A stretch of DNA of 50,562 bases from a virus (taxonomy: Duplodnaviria > Caudoviricetes). This document shows, in pieces, positions 8,311 through 18,129 of this stretch (positions are counted from its first letter, which is position 1; each line of letters starts with the position of its first letter). Below the pieces are notes generated by a model. The model had not been told where the DNA came from, did no database searches, and saw only the letters and a list, made by a program, of their open reading frames with translations. A program made the translations under genes and the position numbers. The stretch spans positions 1-50,562 of the IMG/VR virus record IMGVR_UViG_3300011444_000013; one strand, given 5' to 3'.

Positions 8311-9855
8311 ATGAATTTTATATTTCCATGGGAAGACAAACGTGCCAATAACAGGCTTAAAGATTTTGCTTGGTACCGTGAAACATATCTGAAGATCAGA
8401 CCGCGTGAAGGCGGGCAGCGCAAGCTGTTCGTGCTCAATAACGCGCAGATGACGCTGGACAAGCGCTTTACCGAAGAACTGAAGGAGCATGGTCGTATCC
8501 GTGCCTTGGTGCCAAAAGCCCGGCGCATGGGTGTTAGCACCTATATCGGTTCGCGGTTCTTTCATCGCACGGCTACAGGGCGCGGTGTCCGCGCTCATAT
8601 CGTGGCTCATCGTACCGACAGCGCCACAAACCTTCACCGCGAAGTAAAGGAATTTTACAACGGGTTGCCGCCCCAGTTGCAGCCATCTGTTAGCGCTTCA
8701 AACGCTCGCGAATTGATTTTTGACAAATTGCAATCGGTTTACAAGGTGTCGTCTGCGGAGGGTGGCGACGTAGGACGGTCAGACGATACGCATTTACTGC
8801 ATATGTCCGAAGCTGGTTTCTTTGACAACAGCGAAGACTTGTCTTCCGGGTTGATGAAAACGGTGTTGGATATTCCCGATACTGAAATTGTAATGGAGAG
8901 TACCGGCAACGGTGCGAGTGGCATGTTTTTCGATATGTGCGAACAAGCGCATAGCGACGGCAACAAAGGAATGTGGCGGCTGCACTTCCTGCCATGGGCC
9001 ACGATGCCGGAATATGTGTTTACGCCACCGGCAAACTGGCAACCGCCGCGTGAGTTTGCCGACTATGGCAGGATGCACTCGCTAACATTGGCGCAGCTGT
9101 ATTGGTACTGGCGTGAGAACTACGCGCTCGCTGTAATGAACGGCGGTCAGCCTGATATGATCCATCGGCTTACGCGGCAAGAGTTTCCGGCAACGTATGC
9201 CGAATGCTTCATGACCGATAGCACAATGGACTTTTTCCCTGCATCATTGGTGCAGCAAGCTATGCTGTCCAAGATTGAACCAATCTATGGGGCGTTAAAG
9301 ATTATCTCGGTTGATCCTGCTGGTGATGGCGCAGACAGCCCGTATGTGTGTGACCGTGAAGGACAGGTTATCGGAAAACGTATTTGGGGTGAAATAAAAT
9401 CCAAAGACCAAAATGTTCAGGCTGATTGGCTGGTACAGCAGTATCGCCGGTTTCAAATGGACGTTATCGTTATCGACAGCGGCGGCTTAGGCAAGGGACT
9501 GGTCGATGCTTGTCGTCTGCGTATGCGTAACCAAGCTGATAGAGTGGTACCAGTCAATTTTGGCAGTGGTGCAGCTAACGCTGTTCAATTTGGCAATAAG
9601 CGCGCAGAGTTGCACTTCAAGTTTATGATGTGGTTGAATGGTTCGGTGCGTTTGCCGCAAGATAAAATGTTGCAGGAAGAATGTTCAAAATATAAATGGG
9701 GCTCGGGTGCTTGTCGCCGGGATGAACTTAACCGGCTGTTCATGACACCAAAGGAAAAGATACGCGCAGAGATAGGACGGTCACCAGACCGGCTTGATGC
9801 TGTGGTTAACAGCTTTGGCGTCAATGACTATGCGTTACAGGGTAACGTCAATTAA
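8311..9855 (+). CDS. terL: Terminase large subunit
   Basis: Walker A KARRMGVST, Walker B LLHMSE, coupling motif ESTGNG, nuclease motifs VDPAGDGAD and SPDRLDA. Confidence 0.95.
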   Translation: MNFIFPWEDKRANNRLKDFAWYRETYLKIRPREGGQRKLFVLNNAQMTLDKRFTEELKEHGRIRALVPKARRMGVSTYIGSRFFHRTATGRGVRAHIVAHRTDSATNLHREVKEFYNGLPPQLQPSVSASNARELIFDKLQSVYKVSSAEGGDVGRSDDTHLLHMSEAGFFDNSEDLSSGLMKTVLDIPDTEIVMESTGNGASGMFFDMCEQAHSDGNKGMWRLHFLPWATMPEYVFTPPANWQPPREFADYGRMHSLTLAQLYWYWRENYALAVMNGGQPDMIHRLTRQEFPATYAECFMTDSTMDFFPASLVQQAMLSKIEPIYGALKIISVDPAGDGADSPYVCDREGQVIGKRIWGEIKSKDQNVQADWLVQQYRRFQMDVIVIDSGGLGKGLVDACRLRMRNQADRVVPVNFGSGAANAVQFGNKRAELHFKFMMWLNGSVRLPQDKMLQEECSKYKWGSGACRRDELNRLFMTPKEKIRAEIGRSPDRLDAVVNSFGVNDYALQGNVN

Positions 9856-10206
9856 ATAGCCTTTTTGTTCCAACATCTTTTGTTGTCGTCGTTTTGGGCA
9901 GTTGTTCATTTTCAGCGTAGCCCACGACAGGTTACGCCTGCGGTTGTTCAAGCTATCGCCGTCTTCGTGGTCACCAATTGAATACAGAATAGATCGTCTG
10001 CGCTTACCCATGCGCTTTAAAATTTCTTTGTGCATCCACACTCTGATTTGCTTACCGGCGGCGCGGTCGCGCGTCATTCGCGTAGCGTAAAATTTCAGTC
10101 CGGTGCTGTTCGCCATGGCGTGCCAGCGCCACTGCTTTGCCCATTCGTAATCAACTTCGTCAACGGTGCAGTATTTGGTATCATCCAGCCATATTTCAAA
10201 AATCAT
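9835..10206 (-). CDS. HNH homing endonuclease
   Basis: VDEVDYEW...W...MHKEIL...DHEDGDSLNNRRRNL, an HNH_3-type motif. Confidence 0.85.
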   Translation of the reverse strand: MIFEIWLDDTKYCTVDEVDYEWAKQWRWHAMANSTGLKFYATRMTRDRAAGKQIRVWMHKEILKRMGKRRRSILYSIGDHEDGDSLNNRRRNLSWATLKMNNCPKRRQQKMLEQKGYLIDVTL

Positions 10207-10397
10207 TTTTTCCTCAAGGTAGCGCGGTTTGTTCGGTAATCATACTGATAGTCACGCGCTAGGTGCTTGCCGGATTTTACGGCACGATCAATTGCGCGAC
10301 CGGCTGGACCTAACGCTTCACGGTGCAGCCCTTCCGCCGTCAACCGTTCCGAGTTGCGTTCGACGTGTCCCCTGTCGCGAAGGATGGACAGCGCCAT
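10203..10397 (-). CDS. Small hypothetical protein
   Basis: ORF coupled to the HNH gene (ATGA). Confidence 0.55.
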   Translation of the reverse strand: MALSILRDRGHVERNSERLTAEGLHREALGPAGRAIDRAVKSGKHLARDYQYDYRTNRATLRKK

Positions 10398-10453
10398 TTC
10401 CCGGTTACCGTCTAGTTGCTCAGTTAGGCGGTCTATTAAGGGCTGATGCCTAA

Positions 10454-10651
10454 TCAGTGTATATACCCTTTACTAATGTCCCAAATCAATGTTGAACCGG
10501 GCAAATTTCTTGGCATCGTTTTTCCGTCACTGGCGTTACACTTCGGGCACGGCATGCCTGCCCCACTGCACGTATCTTTTTCACCACTCCAAGGTACGGT
10601 TTCGTTATTTTCACAAACCCAACCATAGTTGTCGCAGTTGATGCAGTTCAT
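10454..10651 (-). CDS. Small Cys-rich zinc-finger protein
   Basis: CxxC...C...CxxC. Confidence 0.6.
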   Translation of the reverse strand: MNCINCDNYGWVCENNETVPWSGEKDTCSGAGMPCPKCNASDGKTMPRNLPGSTLIWDISKGYIH

Positions 10652-10653
10652 AA

Positions 10654-11205
10654 CTACACCTTTATCTTAGCGAAGCTGAACGCGCCTTTTGTGTCACCAC
10701 TGGCGATAGCTGGCGCGCTGTTTACGTACTTGCTGTTGAACTGTTTCTTGGCCGGGTCCATGCCTTGGTAAAGATCATACAACATTTGACGATGACGTTT
10801 GGCAATAATTTCGCCAATCTGTTTTGAACGCGCCATGAGAAGCGGGCGAGTGATCTTGCCAGTTTTGTCGATACCGGAAACCTTGTCCTGAAACAGTTTG
10901 ACAAGTTCATGGTCATCAACCGGCTGCCAACCCTTGCGCTGTGCTTCTGCCATTTCCTGCGGCGTGTCATTGATGATACGGAATTGAAACTCCGGGTACC
11001 TTTCCCGGTTTGGAATGTAAAGTGTCAACGGACGGTCGAGCGTCAGGTTTGCAATGATACTGTCGACATCCTGCGGCTTGCTGAACGGCGACAATGACAC
11101 CATGGCGTCTTTCGCGCCGGGCGCTTCCGGCATGTCGGCTGGCGGGTTGGGAACTAGGTTTGGAGCTAGACCGCCAAACGGGCTTGGGTTTGGGTTTACA
11201 TTCAT
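10654..11205 (-). CDS. Conserved head-module protein downstream of the scaffold
   Basis: FRIIND...AQRKGWQPVD...LLMAR pattern and position. Confidence 0.6.
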   Translation of the reverse strand: MNVNPNPSPFGGLAPNLVPNPPADMPEAPGAKDAMVSLSPFSKPQDVDSIIANLTLDRPLTLYIPNRERYPEFQFRIINDTPQEMAEAQRKGWQPVDDHELVKLFQDKVSGIDKTGKITRPLLMARSKQIGEIIAKRHRQMLYDLYQGMDPAKKQFNSKYVNSAPAIASGDTKGAFSFAKIKV

Positions 11206-11837
11206 TTCTTGGCTCCCGTTTTGCGCTGGTGGTCCGCGTAGGCACTGCCTAGCGCGGTGACGATGAATTTGTCTTTCGCTTCCTTGGTACGCGTGAACTT
11301 TTCAGCCTGCCGTTTGATGTTGTCAGAAACATCCTTTGGCGCATCGGAAAGCTTACCCCATGGTCCAGATGAACTGCCGCTTCTAGCTGACCGCCCGGTA
11401 TCACCAGTTGGCGCATCCGTCTTTTTAATAACCGGGGCTTTTTCTTCCGAAGGTTCATTTTCGTCGCCGTCCTCCGGTTTAGTGGTAGCAGGCTTAAATT
11501 CGTCATCGACCGCAGCGATAAGCGCATCTGAAAATTTCTCCACAGTTTCAAATGCGGTAGGTTCCATGTTCTTCGCAAATTCAACTGCTTTAGCGGACTT
11601 CTTTGGGTCAGTACCAAACCACGACGCTTTAGCAGCCATGGTCTTGCGAATTTCTTCGTTGTCAAATTTTGGTTTGGTTGCCGCTGCTTGCTGCGGAACA
11701 GATGCCGCTGCTAGTTCAGCAATGGTTTTGGTAGCAGCATGTGCGGCGGCGATATCGCCAGCTTGCACAGCCGCGTTTAGTTGATTGGTTAAGGATGCGT
11801 TTAGTTGCTGACGCATCAATGTTGCCATGTCGGTCAT
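11202..11837 (-). CDS. Putative capsid scaffolding protein
   Basis: Helical and charged, with a WFG.D motif and Pro/Ser linker; follows the GroES-like gene. ATG 11837 preferred. Confidence 0.6.
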   Translation of the reverse strand: MTDMATLMRQQLNASLTNQLNAAVQAGDIAAAHAATKTIAELAAASVPQQAAATKPKFDNEEIRKTMAAKASWFGTDPKKSAKAVEFAKNMEPTAFETVEKFSDALIAAVDDEFKPATTKPEDGDENEPSEEKAPVIKKTDAPTGDTGRSARSGSSSGPWGKLSDAPKDVSDNIKRQAEKFTRTKEAKDKFIVTALGSAYADHQRKTGAKK

Positions 11838-11838
11838 G

Positions 11839-12051
11839 TTATAGTGTCTCAAAGTTGTCAGCAAAATATGCAGCTGCGACTAGCCACTTATCTGCATGGT
11901 TTTTCGGATTGCGGGCAATTTTATCACCCTGCTTTGGTGAACCTGCTTCTTTGTCAGGTTCAGATATAGAAACGCCAGTTATGTCAAAACCGGGCTCCCA
12001 ATCTGCCATTTCTGCGACCTGTGAGCGGCGGTATCTTTTAAAGTCAGTCAT
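11839..12051 (-). CDS. Small hypothetical protein (GDKIARNPKNHADKWLVA)
   Basis: Compact ORF coupled to its neighbours. Confidence 0.65.
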   Translation of the reverse strand: MTDFKRYRRSQVAEMADWEPGFDITGVSISEPDKEAGSPKQGDKIARNPKNHADKWLVAAAYFADNFETL

Positions 12052-12551
12052 TTGTAATTCCTAACAGATGGGTACACAGTGCGTTCACGCACGCCAACAT
12101 CGTCAAGAGGAAGATTATTCTGCATAGGGTCGTGCGGCGTTCCGTCAACAACCCCTTCGTCTGTCCATTCCAATGTTGCAGGATCAGGCATCGCAGCTGC
12201 CGGAATAATCTTGATAACATCGTTGAAGCTGGATAGGTACCGCCAGCCACCAACAGCGTTCAGAATGCCTTTGCCAGCTTGGAACATGGTGCCTGCACCC
12301 CAACGGATCAACACCCAATCGCCAACGCTGGCTTCTTGCGTTTTGACGCCGTTACCGTCTTTGTATTGGAAAGCAAGCGGTCCCATCTGGCGAATGATAC
12401 CGCATTGTACGCCATGTTGCCCAAACTCACGCGCGACCTCCGGTATCCACAGACTGCGAACTTTGCTCGGAGGATATGGCAACTGGATAGCAATAAGATC
12501 GCGGCACGGTGCGCCCGCTTCATGCGGAATATCAAATCCATATATGCTCAA
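12048..12551 (-). CDS. GroES-like co-chaperonin
   Basis: LWIP...GIIRQMGPLAF...VGDWVLI...GT...NDVIKII matches the GroES fold pattern; lies between portal and scaffold. Confidence 0.75.
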   Translation of the reverse strand: MSIYGFDIPHEAGAPCRDLIAIQLPYPPSKVRSLWIPEVAREFGQHGVQCGIIRQMGPLAFQYKDGNGVKTQEASVGDWVLIRWGAGTMFQAGKGILNAVGGWRYLSSFNDVIKIIPAAAMPDPATLEWTDEGVVDGTPHDPMQNNLPLDDVGVRERTVYPSVRNYK

Positions 12552-12781
12552 GACTTATTCTCCCTGATTTCCGATATCAAATTAGCTGGCGGCAAGGTTA
12601 GTAGGGTTAGGAGCCAGCGGTAACACTTGCCCTCCCCCTGTCGAACCGGATTGAGCGGCTGGCCCGACAGGAACTCCGACACCAGCCGGTCCTGCTTGGA
12701 CGCCAGCAGGGATTTGAGTTGCAGGGTTAACGGGTGGTTGAGCCATTCCGCCGCTTCCTGCTCCGATAGCATCCGCGCCAT
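12548..12781 (-). CDS. Small head-module protein overlapping the portal 3' end
   Basis: EW..HP.T motif, GGAG RBS upstream, ATGA coupling to the GroES-like gene. Confidence 0.65.
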   Translation of the reverse strand: MARMLSEQEAAEWLNHPLTLQLKSLLASKQDRLVSEFLSGQPLNPVRQGEGKCYRWLLTLLTLPPANLISEIRENKS

Positions 12782-14555
12782 TGTTCATATTCTCCACAGC
12801 CTGTTCAAGTCGTAGTATGTAAGCAGCCATTCCGTCAAGGTTACCGGAAATCGCTCCCGCTTCAGCCAGCGACTTCATACCGGCTGCGACTTGCGCCACG
12901 GCGGCGGCCTGCACTTTCATGCGAGCAGTTTCTTCCTTTTTAACGTTAAGCATGAACTCGGACTGTTCCTGCGGTGTGGCTTGCGGTTTCGGCATTGGCG
13001 GTGCCATCAGTTTATCAGGATTAGGGAACCGCATTGTTTCCGCGTAACGCCGTCCAACCTCAAACGGATTAAACACCATGGGAAACTTCAGCATGTCGTG
13101 GTAAGCCTGCGCGATCACGCCACGATGCATTTCAGTAGCCATGTTTGGATCGGCAGTTATTTCAATTGGAGTGTTACCGTCAACTCCTTCCGGAAGGTGG
13201 CCGCTCGCATCTGCCATGGACGCGAAGGCGCGAATTTCTTCCGTGATGCTTCCGACAAGGCGGCGATGTACCGCGTTCTGAACCTGTGCGCCGTTATCGA
13301 GGATGCCTTTTGCCAGCGTGGCGGTCATGGACGCGGGAGCGTTTTCCAGCAAGTTCAGGGTACCGGCCAATCGGTCACCCAACGTCAGGACTTTATCCAG
13401 CGTGCCGATCATGCCCGGCGTGACTTGCTTGGCTGGAAACAGCGAAAGTACGTCGCCAATTTTCTGGCCGTCTGTCGGGATAGTAGTTATTTGATCCCCG
13501 TTCAGTTCAATCTTGTCAGGAATGCCGATCCCGCCAATAGAAGCGATACCACCATTTTGCGCTGCTGATTTTGCGGTGTCATCAATTGACGCAAGCAAAC
13601 TGTCTGCGGATTTTTCTATCCGGTTAAGCAGCCAACCAAACCCGCGCGGAAAGAAGCTACCTTTTGGGTCCGGTATCATCTTGTAAGCGTAGTAACGGCG
13701 CGAAGGACGGAAGATCAACATTTCTTTGGTGTCAATAACAGTCTTGGCTGTCCAACGTGGTATGCACTTGACGACGCAAGGCGTATCTTCGCGTGATATT
13801 GTCAGCGTCCAAGGTTCATCATATTCGTCGCCGTCCATATCCAGCCACATATCAACTTCATAAAAATCTTGAAGTTCCTGCGGATCAATATCGTCAAAAC
13901 GTGGCTCGTAATTAATCCAGTGTTTAAGTTGGATCGAACGCAAAATTTCATAAGGGTATTTTTTAATACTGTGCGTAACGCGCGGCGCACGTTCCAGCGA
14001 CTTGACATTGGCATTAACGATAACTTCTTCAACCGGCAGCCATGTGCTGCGGTACTCGCCAGCGTGTTCGTCAAACCAGCGCTTGCGCCAACCAAGACCA
14101 GTCACTGCCATATGCAACACTAGCGGGTCAGTATCGGTTACCCAATCCGGGTCAACGGTGCGAAGCTGCGATGACATCCAAGATGCGAGCGCCTCGCCAC
14201 CGGGTTCTGACGCACGCGCCAAATCCGGTTCGGAAAGTAGCATGCTGGTAATGCGGGCTGTAAATTGAATGACCGCTGAAAGCGTCAACGCTGTTGAAGG
14301 CGGTTGGTCACTGCCGCTACTCGCATTTGCGTTGTCCTGCGGAGCGCTTTGGTTGACATCGCTATCTATGCTGTCAAGGTAGCCCTTTGCCTTGCCTAGC
14401 CAGTCGGCCATACTGTTATTGTCGATACCAACCAATTCCAGAACGTCGGTTGCTATCTCGCGCCGCTGGTTTCCGTCCAGCTTTTCTGCAAGGTTTTCGA
14501 TTTTCTCCGGGGCCGCTAAATCAAGCTTTAGCTTGGGCGAAACGAATGTCATCAA
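12582..14555 (-). CDS. Portal protein
   Basis: 657 aa; NLAEKLD, GLGWRKRWFD, RVTH, DMDGDEYDEPW and GFGWLL motifs with a C-terminal coiled coil; heads the GroES/scaffold block. Confidence 0.85.
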   Translation of the reverse strand: MMTFVSPKLKLDLAAPEKIENLAEKLDGNQRREIATDVLELVGIDNNSMADWLGKAKGYLDSIDSDVNQSAPQDNANASSGSDQPPSTALTLSAVIQFTARITSMLLSEPDLARASEPGGEALASWMSSQLRTVDPDWVTDTDPLVLHMAVTGLGWRKRWFDEHAGEYRSTWLPVEEVIVNANVKSLERAPRVTHSIKKYPYEILRSIQLKHWINYEPRFDDIDPQELQDFYEVDMWLDMDGDEYDEPWTLTISREDTPCVVKCIPRWTAKTVIDTKEMLIFRPSRRYYAYKMIPDPKGSFFPRGFGWLLNRIEKSADSLLASIDDTAKSAAQNGGIASIGGIGIPDKIELNGDQITTIPTDGQKIGDVLSLFPAKQVTPGMIGTLDKVLTLGDRLAGTLNLLENAPASMTATLAKGILDNGAQVQNAVHRRLVGSITEEIRAFASMADASGHLPEGVDGNTPIEITADPNMATEMHRGVIAQAYHDMLKFPMVFNPFEVGRRYAETMRFPNPDKLMAPPMPKPQATPQEQSEFMLNVKKEETARMKVQAAAVAQVAAGMKSLAEAGAISGNLDGMAAYILRLEQAVENMNNGADAIGAGSGGMAQPPVNPATQIPAGVQAGPAGVGVPVGPAAQSGSTGGGQVLPLAPNPTNLAAS

Positions 14556-14569
14556 GCACCTTTAAGGCT

Positions 14570-14625
14570 AAGTGTATACAAAATCAAGGTCCATTTTGAC
14601 ACTTTAACCCCAAATGTGGTAGTGC
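14570..14625. promoter_or_regulatory. Divergent portal/capsid control region
   Basis: TGTATACA at 14573; TTGACA (14596)-18-TAGTGC facing the capsid gene. Confidence 0.5.
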
Positions 14626-14672
14626 TTACCGTACACGCCCTTTTTCGGGCTTAACCCAAGGGGAATTGCCCG

Positions 14673-15605
14673 ATGCAAGTCATCGACCGTTCACTTCAAC
14701 CAAGTCAATACTGGCCGGGGCTCTATGCCCTTTTCGGGATGGATTACGAACGGCTTGCGCCGATCTATCCGCAGTTTTTTGATACCAAGCCATCCGAAAA
14801 GGCTTTTGAGGAGTTCATGACTGAGAGGGCCGGGCTCGGGCTCGCGACACAGCAGCCTGAACTTGAACCGGTCCAGTTCGATTTCCCCAACGAAGGTTAC
14901 CGTACCCAAGTCACCCACGCCAGCTACGGCCTTGCCGTCGCGGTATCGCGCGAAGCCAAAGACGACAATCTCTATGAAGATGTCATGTCGCGCATGATGA
15001 AAGAACTGGCGTACAGCGCGCGTCAGACCGAAGAATACATCGCGCATGCTCCGCTTCAAGTTGCGGTTGATACCGTGAATGGTCTTCGCGCCGATGGCGT
15101 GCCGCTCGGATCGGCTTCGCATCCTACCGCTTCCGGCCTTCAATCTAATTTGCTGGTATCGGCCAACGTTTCGGAATTGGCTTTCGAGAATGCCGTGATC
15201 CAGATTGGCTATACCCGCAACGGTCGCGGTTTCATCATCAACACGCTTCCCAAGCAAGTCATCCTGTCGCCGGAAAGTGGACCGGAAACTCGGCGCATCC
15301 TTGGTTCGCCGTTGCAGTGGAACAGTCAGACCAACAACATCAACGTGCTGCGTGCTACCGGTGCGCTGCCTGAAGTTACCGAAACGCCGTATCTCACGGA
15401 CAAAGACAATTACTTCATTCAGACTTCAATCCAGAACATGGACAACGGCGAAGGCTTCACGTTTTGGGAACGCTCCGGCGTTGAAATGCGTGAAGATAGT
15501 AACTGGTCAAACCAAGCATCACTCGCCGCATTGTGGTTCCGCTGTTCAGCTTCGATTGTTGACTGGCGTTGCGTGTATGTTTCGCCGGGTGCAGACGGAA
15601 CTTAA
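14673..15605 (+). CDS. Major capsid protein
   Basis: WPGLYALFGMDY...SEKAFEE...YGLAVAVSREAKDDNLY...DGVPLGSASHP...NNIN...PYLTD; GGGGA RBS; followed by a terminator. Confidence 0.9.
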   Translation: MQVIDRSLQPSQYWPGLYALFGMDYERLAPIYPQFFDTKPSEKAFEEFMTERAGLGLATQQPELEPVQFDFPNEGYRTQVTHASYGLAVAVSREAKDDNLYEDVMSRMMKELAYSARQTEEYIAHAPLQVAVDTVNGLRADGVPLGSASHPTASGLQSNLLVSANVSELAFENAVIQIGYTRNGRGFIINTLPKQVILSPESGPETRRILGSPLQWNSQTNNINVLRATGALPEVTETPYLTDKDNYFIQTSIQNMDNGEGFTFWERSGVEMREDSNWSNQASLAALWFRCSASIVDWRCVYVSPGADGT

Positions 15606-15638
15606 AACTTAGTAGGGCCTTGCTTCCCAAACTGCCCT

Positions 15639-15670
15639 CACCCCCGGCGTCAAAACCGGGGGTGTTTTTC
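15639..15670 (+). terminator. Rho-independent terminator after the capsid gene
   Basis: CACCCCCGG-cgtcaaaa-CCGGGGGTG followed by TTTTT. Confidence 0.85.
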
Positions 15671-15688
15671 TTAAAGAAAGGAACCGTT

Positions 15689-15865
15689 ATGGGCGCAAAT
15701 ATTTGGTTCTGGCTAATCTATGTGCTCGTTGGAATTTTTGGCATTTGGGGTATTGGCCCTTGGCGAGCACAAGCAAGCCCCTATGCACCGTTTGGAAGTT
15801 GGCTTGTATTGTTCATTCTAGTGGGTATTCTTGGCTTGCACGATTTCGGAAGCCCCATTCGTTGA
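15689..15865 (+). CDS. Small two-TM membrane protein (58 aa)
   Basis: AAGGA RBS; two hydrophobic segments. Confidence 0.7.
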   Translation: MGANIWFWLIYVLVGIFGIWGIGPWRAQASPYAPFGSWLVLFILVGILGLHDFGSPIR

Positions 15866-15928
15866 CGACGGCGCAGGGTCGGACGTTCCTGCAATGGAAA
15901 AACTGGACCTAAAACCTATCTGCAAAGG

Positions 15929-16519
15929 TTGTTGATGCCGGAACAGAAACCAAAATTTGGGCGGTTCAACACTTGGGGCGGATGCTCCCGCTGTGGCGCG
16001 CGTGTGCTTTATAAAACTTTGGCTAGAGAACGCTTGACCGGTTTGCTTGTTTGCACTAGCGCCAGCGGACGGCCTGTTACCCCGTGTCTTGATCCGTGGC
16101 CGGAAATTTATGATTTTCAGGTCTTCCCTGACCGCTCGATAGAACCTCCGCCGGAGCCGCTACCGGCCCGCTGGATGCTGGACAACATCTTTTCCGCGTC
16201 CACCTTCCACTCGGTTTCGGCCAATACTCCCTTGGCCTATGCCAACGCGCCCAAGGCCGCCCCTAGCGACGAAGACCGGTTACGAGCGTTGTTAGTTCCA
16301 CCCGTGAACAGTATTATGCGCGGTACCGCGAACTTTTCCGGGTACGCTAATTCACTGAACCAAAATCAGGACCGTGCTACGCTGGTGACAATCAATCCGG
16401 CTAACTATGATGGAACCTATGTTCCGTCTAACTCAGTCCGCACAGCATTCCCGCCAGAACCGGAAGCCGCAATTGAAGGCGAAACGCGGCCGCCTTATTC
16501 GGTTGAAAAGGGTATTTGA
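15929..16519 (+). CDS. Zn-finger virion protein
   Basis: CSRCG...TGLLVC...CLDP; position after the capsid gene. Confidence 0.65.
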   Translation: MLMPEQKPKFGRFNTWGGCSRCGARVLYKTLARERLTGLLVCTSASGRPVTPCLDPWPEIYDFQVFPDRSIEPPPEPLPARWMLDNIFSASTFHSVSANTPLAYANAPKAAPSDEDRLRALLVPPVNSIMRGTANFSGYANSLNQNQDRATLVTINPANYDGTYVPSNSVRTAFPPEPEAAIEGETRPPYSVEKGI

Positions 16520-17445
16520 TGACTGATTACAGGGGATCAAACGCTTTCAGTAAAGGGCTGTTTAAACCAGCGAAAGTGCCAACAATTATTGCACCTTACC
16601 AACGTGCGCCTAGTGGTGTGGTTAGGCAAGCAGACGGTCCAGCGTTTGACAATCGTTTTCCTAAATCACGGTACCCGCGCGGTGGTGGACAAAGTGGTTT
16701 GCGGCCGGTTCTTGAAGTAGCTGGCGGGGGTGGAGATTACGTAGCGAAGGCGGTTCAATTTCCAGTTTCATCCGGCTTATTGCAGGTTTCCAGCGCCCTA
16801 GCTGACAACTCAAAACTGATGATAGCTGGCAGCTTCAACATCGCAGATATCTCCAACTTTCCGAATTTGCTAATTTGCCAAGTTACAACTGGATTTACAC
16901 AGACGACAGTAACACTTGCTATTGGCTACAGAGCAAATAGTGACTTTACTGTTGTCGTGACCAATCATGACTCTACTAAGTATTTTCAATTCGGGTCGGC
17001 GGATGGACTCGTTCAAATCAACCGCTGGAACGAATTTGCGACATCAATAGACACGAACCACTCAGCAGGACATAAGATTGGTCAGTTGATTTATAATGGT
17101 GTTGATGTTGTGGCTGATGTAGACGACACAGCAACTGCATTTGACATTGGCTGGAATACCGCTGAGACTTTTTTTAATAATGCTGGATTTAGTCCAGCAA
17201 CTTGTAACTGGGGCGATTTTCAAGGATGGGTTGGAGCGCAGGCAGATATTTCCAATCCAACAAACTACGCAAAATTCTTTGACGGTTCCGGCAACATGGT
17301 TGATCCAACTATCGCTGCAACAGCTTTTGGCCCGCAAACATTTCTATTCTCCGGGGACACATCTGGTTATCCAGTTAATCAGGGTTCTGGGGGATCATTT
17401 ACGCTAGTTGGCGGCCCTCTTAGCGATGTTCCGCCCCCGCCATGA
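16516..17445 (+). CDS. Virion appendage/receptor-binding protein with a beta-sandwich C-terminal domain
   Basis: Basic N-terminus, GGGG linker, then a LamG-like beta-rich domain ending NQGSGGSFTLVG. Confidence 0.65.
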   Translation: MMTDYRGSNAFSKGLFKPAKVPTIIAPYQRAPSGVVRQADGPAFDNRFPKSRYPRGGGQSGLRPVLEVAGGGGDYVAKAVQFPVSSGLLQVSSALADNSKLMIAGSFNIADISNFPNLLICQVTTGFTQTTVTLAIGYRANSDFTVVVTNHDSTKYFQFGSADGLVQINRWNEFATSIDTNHSAGHKIGQLIYNGVDVVADVDDTATAFDIGWNTAETFFNNAGFSPATCNWGDFQGWVGAQADISNPTNYAKFFDGSGNMVDPTIAATAFGPQTFLFSGDTSGYPVNQGSGGSFTLVGGPLSDVPPPP

Positions 17446-17460
17446 CCAACGAGTGATTAA

Positions 17461-18129
17461 ATGACAACAGCTGCGGAAGTTATCACAGAAGCGCTGCACC
17501 TTTTCGGTATCGTTGATCAAACCGAAACGCCAACAACTGTTGACATCACGAACAACGTCAAAGTGCTGAACACGATGCTGCGCAGCGACCACATGGACGG
17601 CTGCGCGCAATATCTAATGAACCGGGTAACCGCAACGCTCCCACCCGGCACATCAGGTTCAATTTACTCATTTGTATTTGGTGCTGGTGAAGTGGGGAAC
17701 GTTGACGCGGTAGCTGTCAAAGCCATCTGGTGCAACGACATTGGCCCCACAGTCAATCGCGAAACGCGACAAGCTTCCTATTCTGATGTGGTACGCACTA
17801 CGTTTCCATCAATCATAACAAAGTGGCACCAAGAACGCCAGATTGACGGGTCAATTCGCGTGACCGCTTGGCAGCCGCCAGCTAACGCAACTCCGGTGCT
17901 TATCGAATACGGCGGTCGCATACCTGAAATTACTTCCGGTACTGATGAAGTAGGATTGCCACCAGAAGGCATTCATGACGTGACGTTGATGCTCGGTCGC
18001 CGCGTCATGGGCACCTACGGACGCAGCGCGCAGGATGTTGGGATAGTCTTGCAAGACAGTGAAGCGGTTTACCGCCGCTGGCGCGATTGGGCTCGGGGGC
18101 AGCAATGGTTGAAATTTGTTCGCTCATGA
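17461..18129 (+). CDS. Head-tail adaptor (P22 gp4-like)
   Basis: MTTAAEVITEALHLFGI...LNTML...LPPE pattern; upstream of the gp10-like gene. Confidence 0.75.
   Translation: MTTAAEVITEALHLFGIVDQTETPTTVDITNNVKVLNTMLRSDHMDGCAQYLMNRVTATLPPGTSGSIYSFVFGAGEVGNVDAVAVKAIWCNDIGPTVNRETRQASYSDVVRTTFPSIITKWHQERQIDGSIRVTAWQPPANATPVLIEYGGRIPEITSGTDEVGLPPEGIHDVTLMLGRRVMGTYGRSAQDVGIVLQDSEAVYRRWRDWARGQQWLKFVRS

Noticed and set aside
10455-10470. AGTGTATATAC as another TGTATACA site or an inversion end
   Set aside because: Imperfect match, lies within a gene end, and no extended inverted identity with the 14.57-kb site.
12891-13568. Long antisense or alternate-frame ORFs (e.g. 12891-13568, 14691-15257, 42015-42533, 46348-46917)
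   Set aside because: They shadow well-supported genes and lack RBSs or recognisable motifs.
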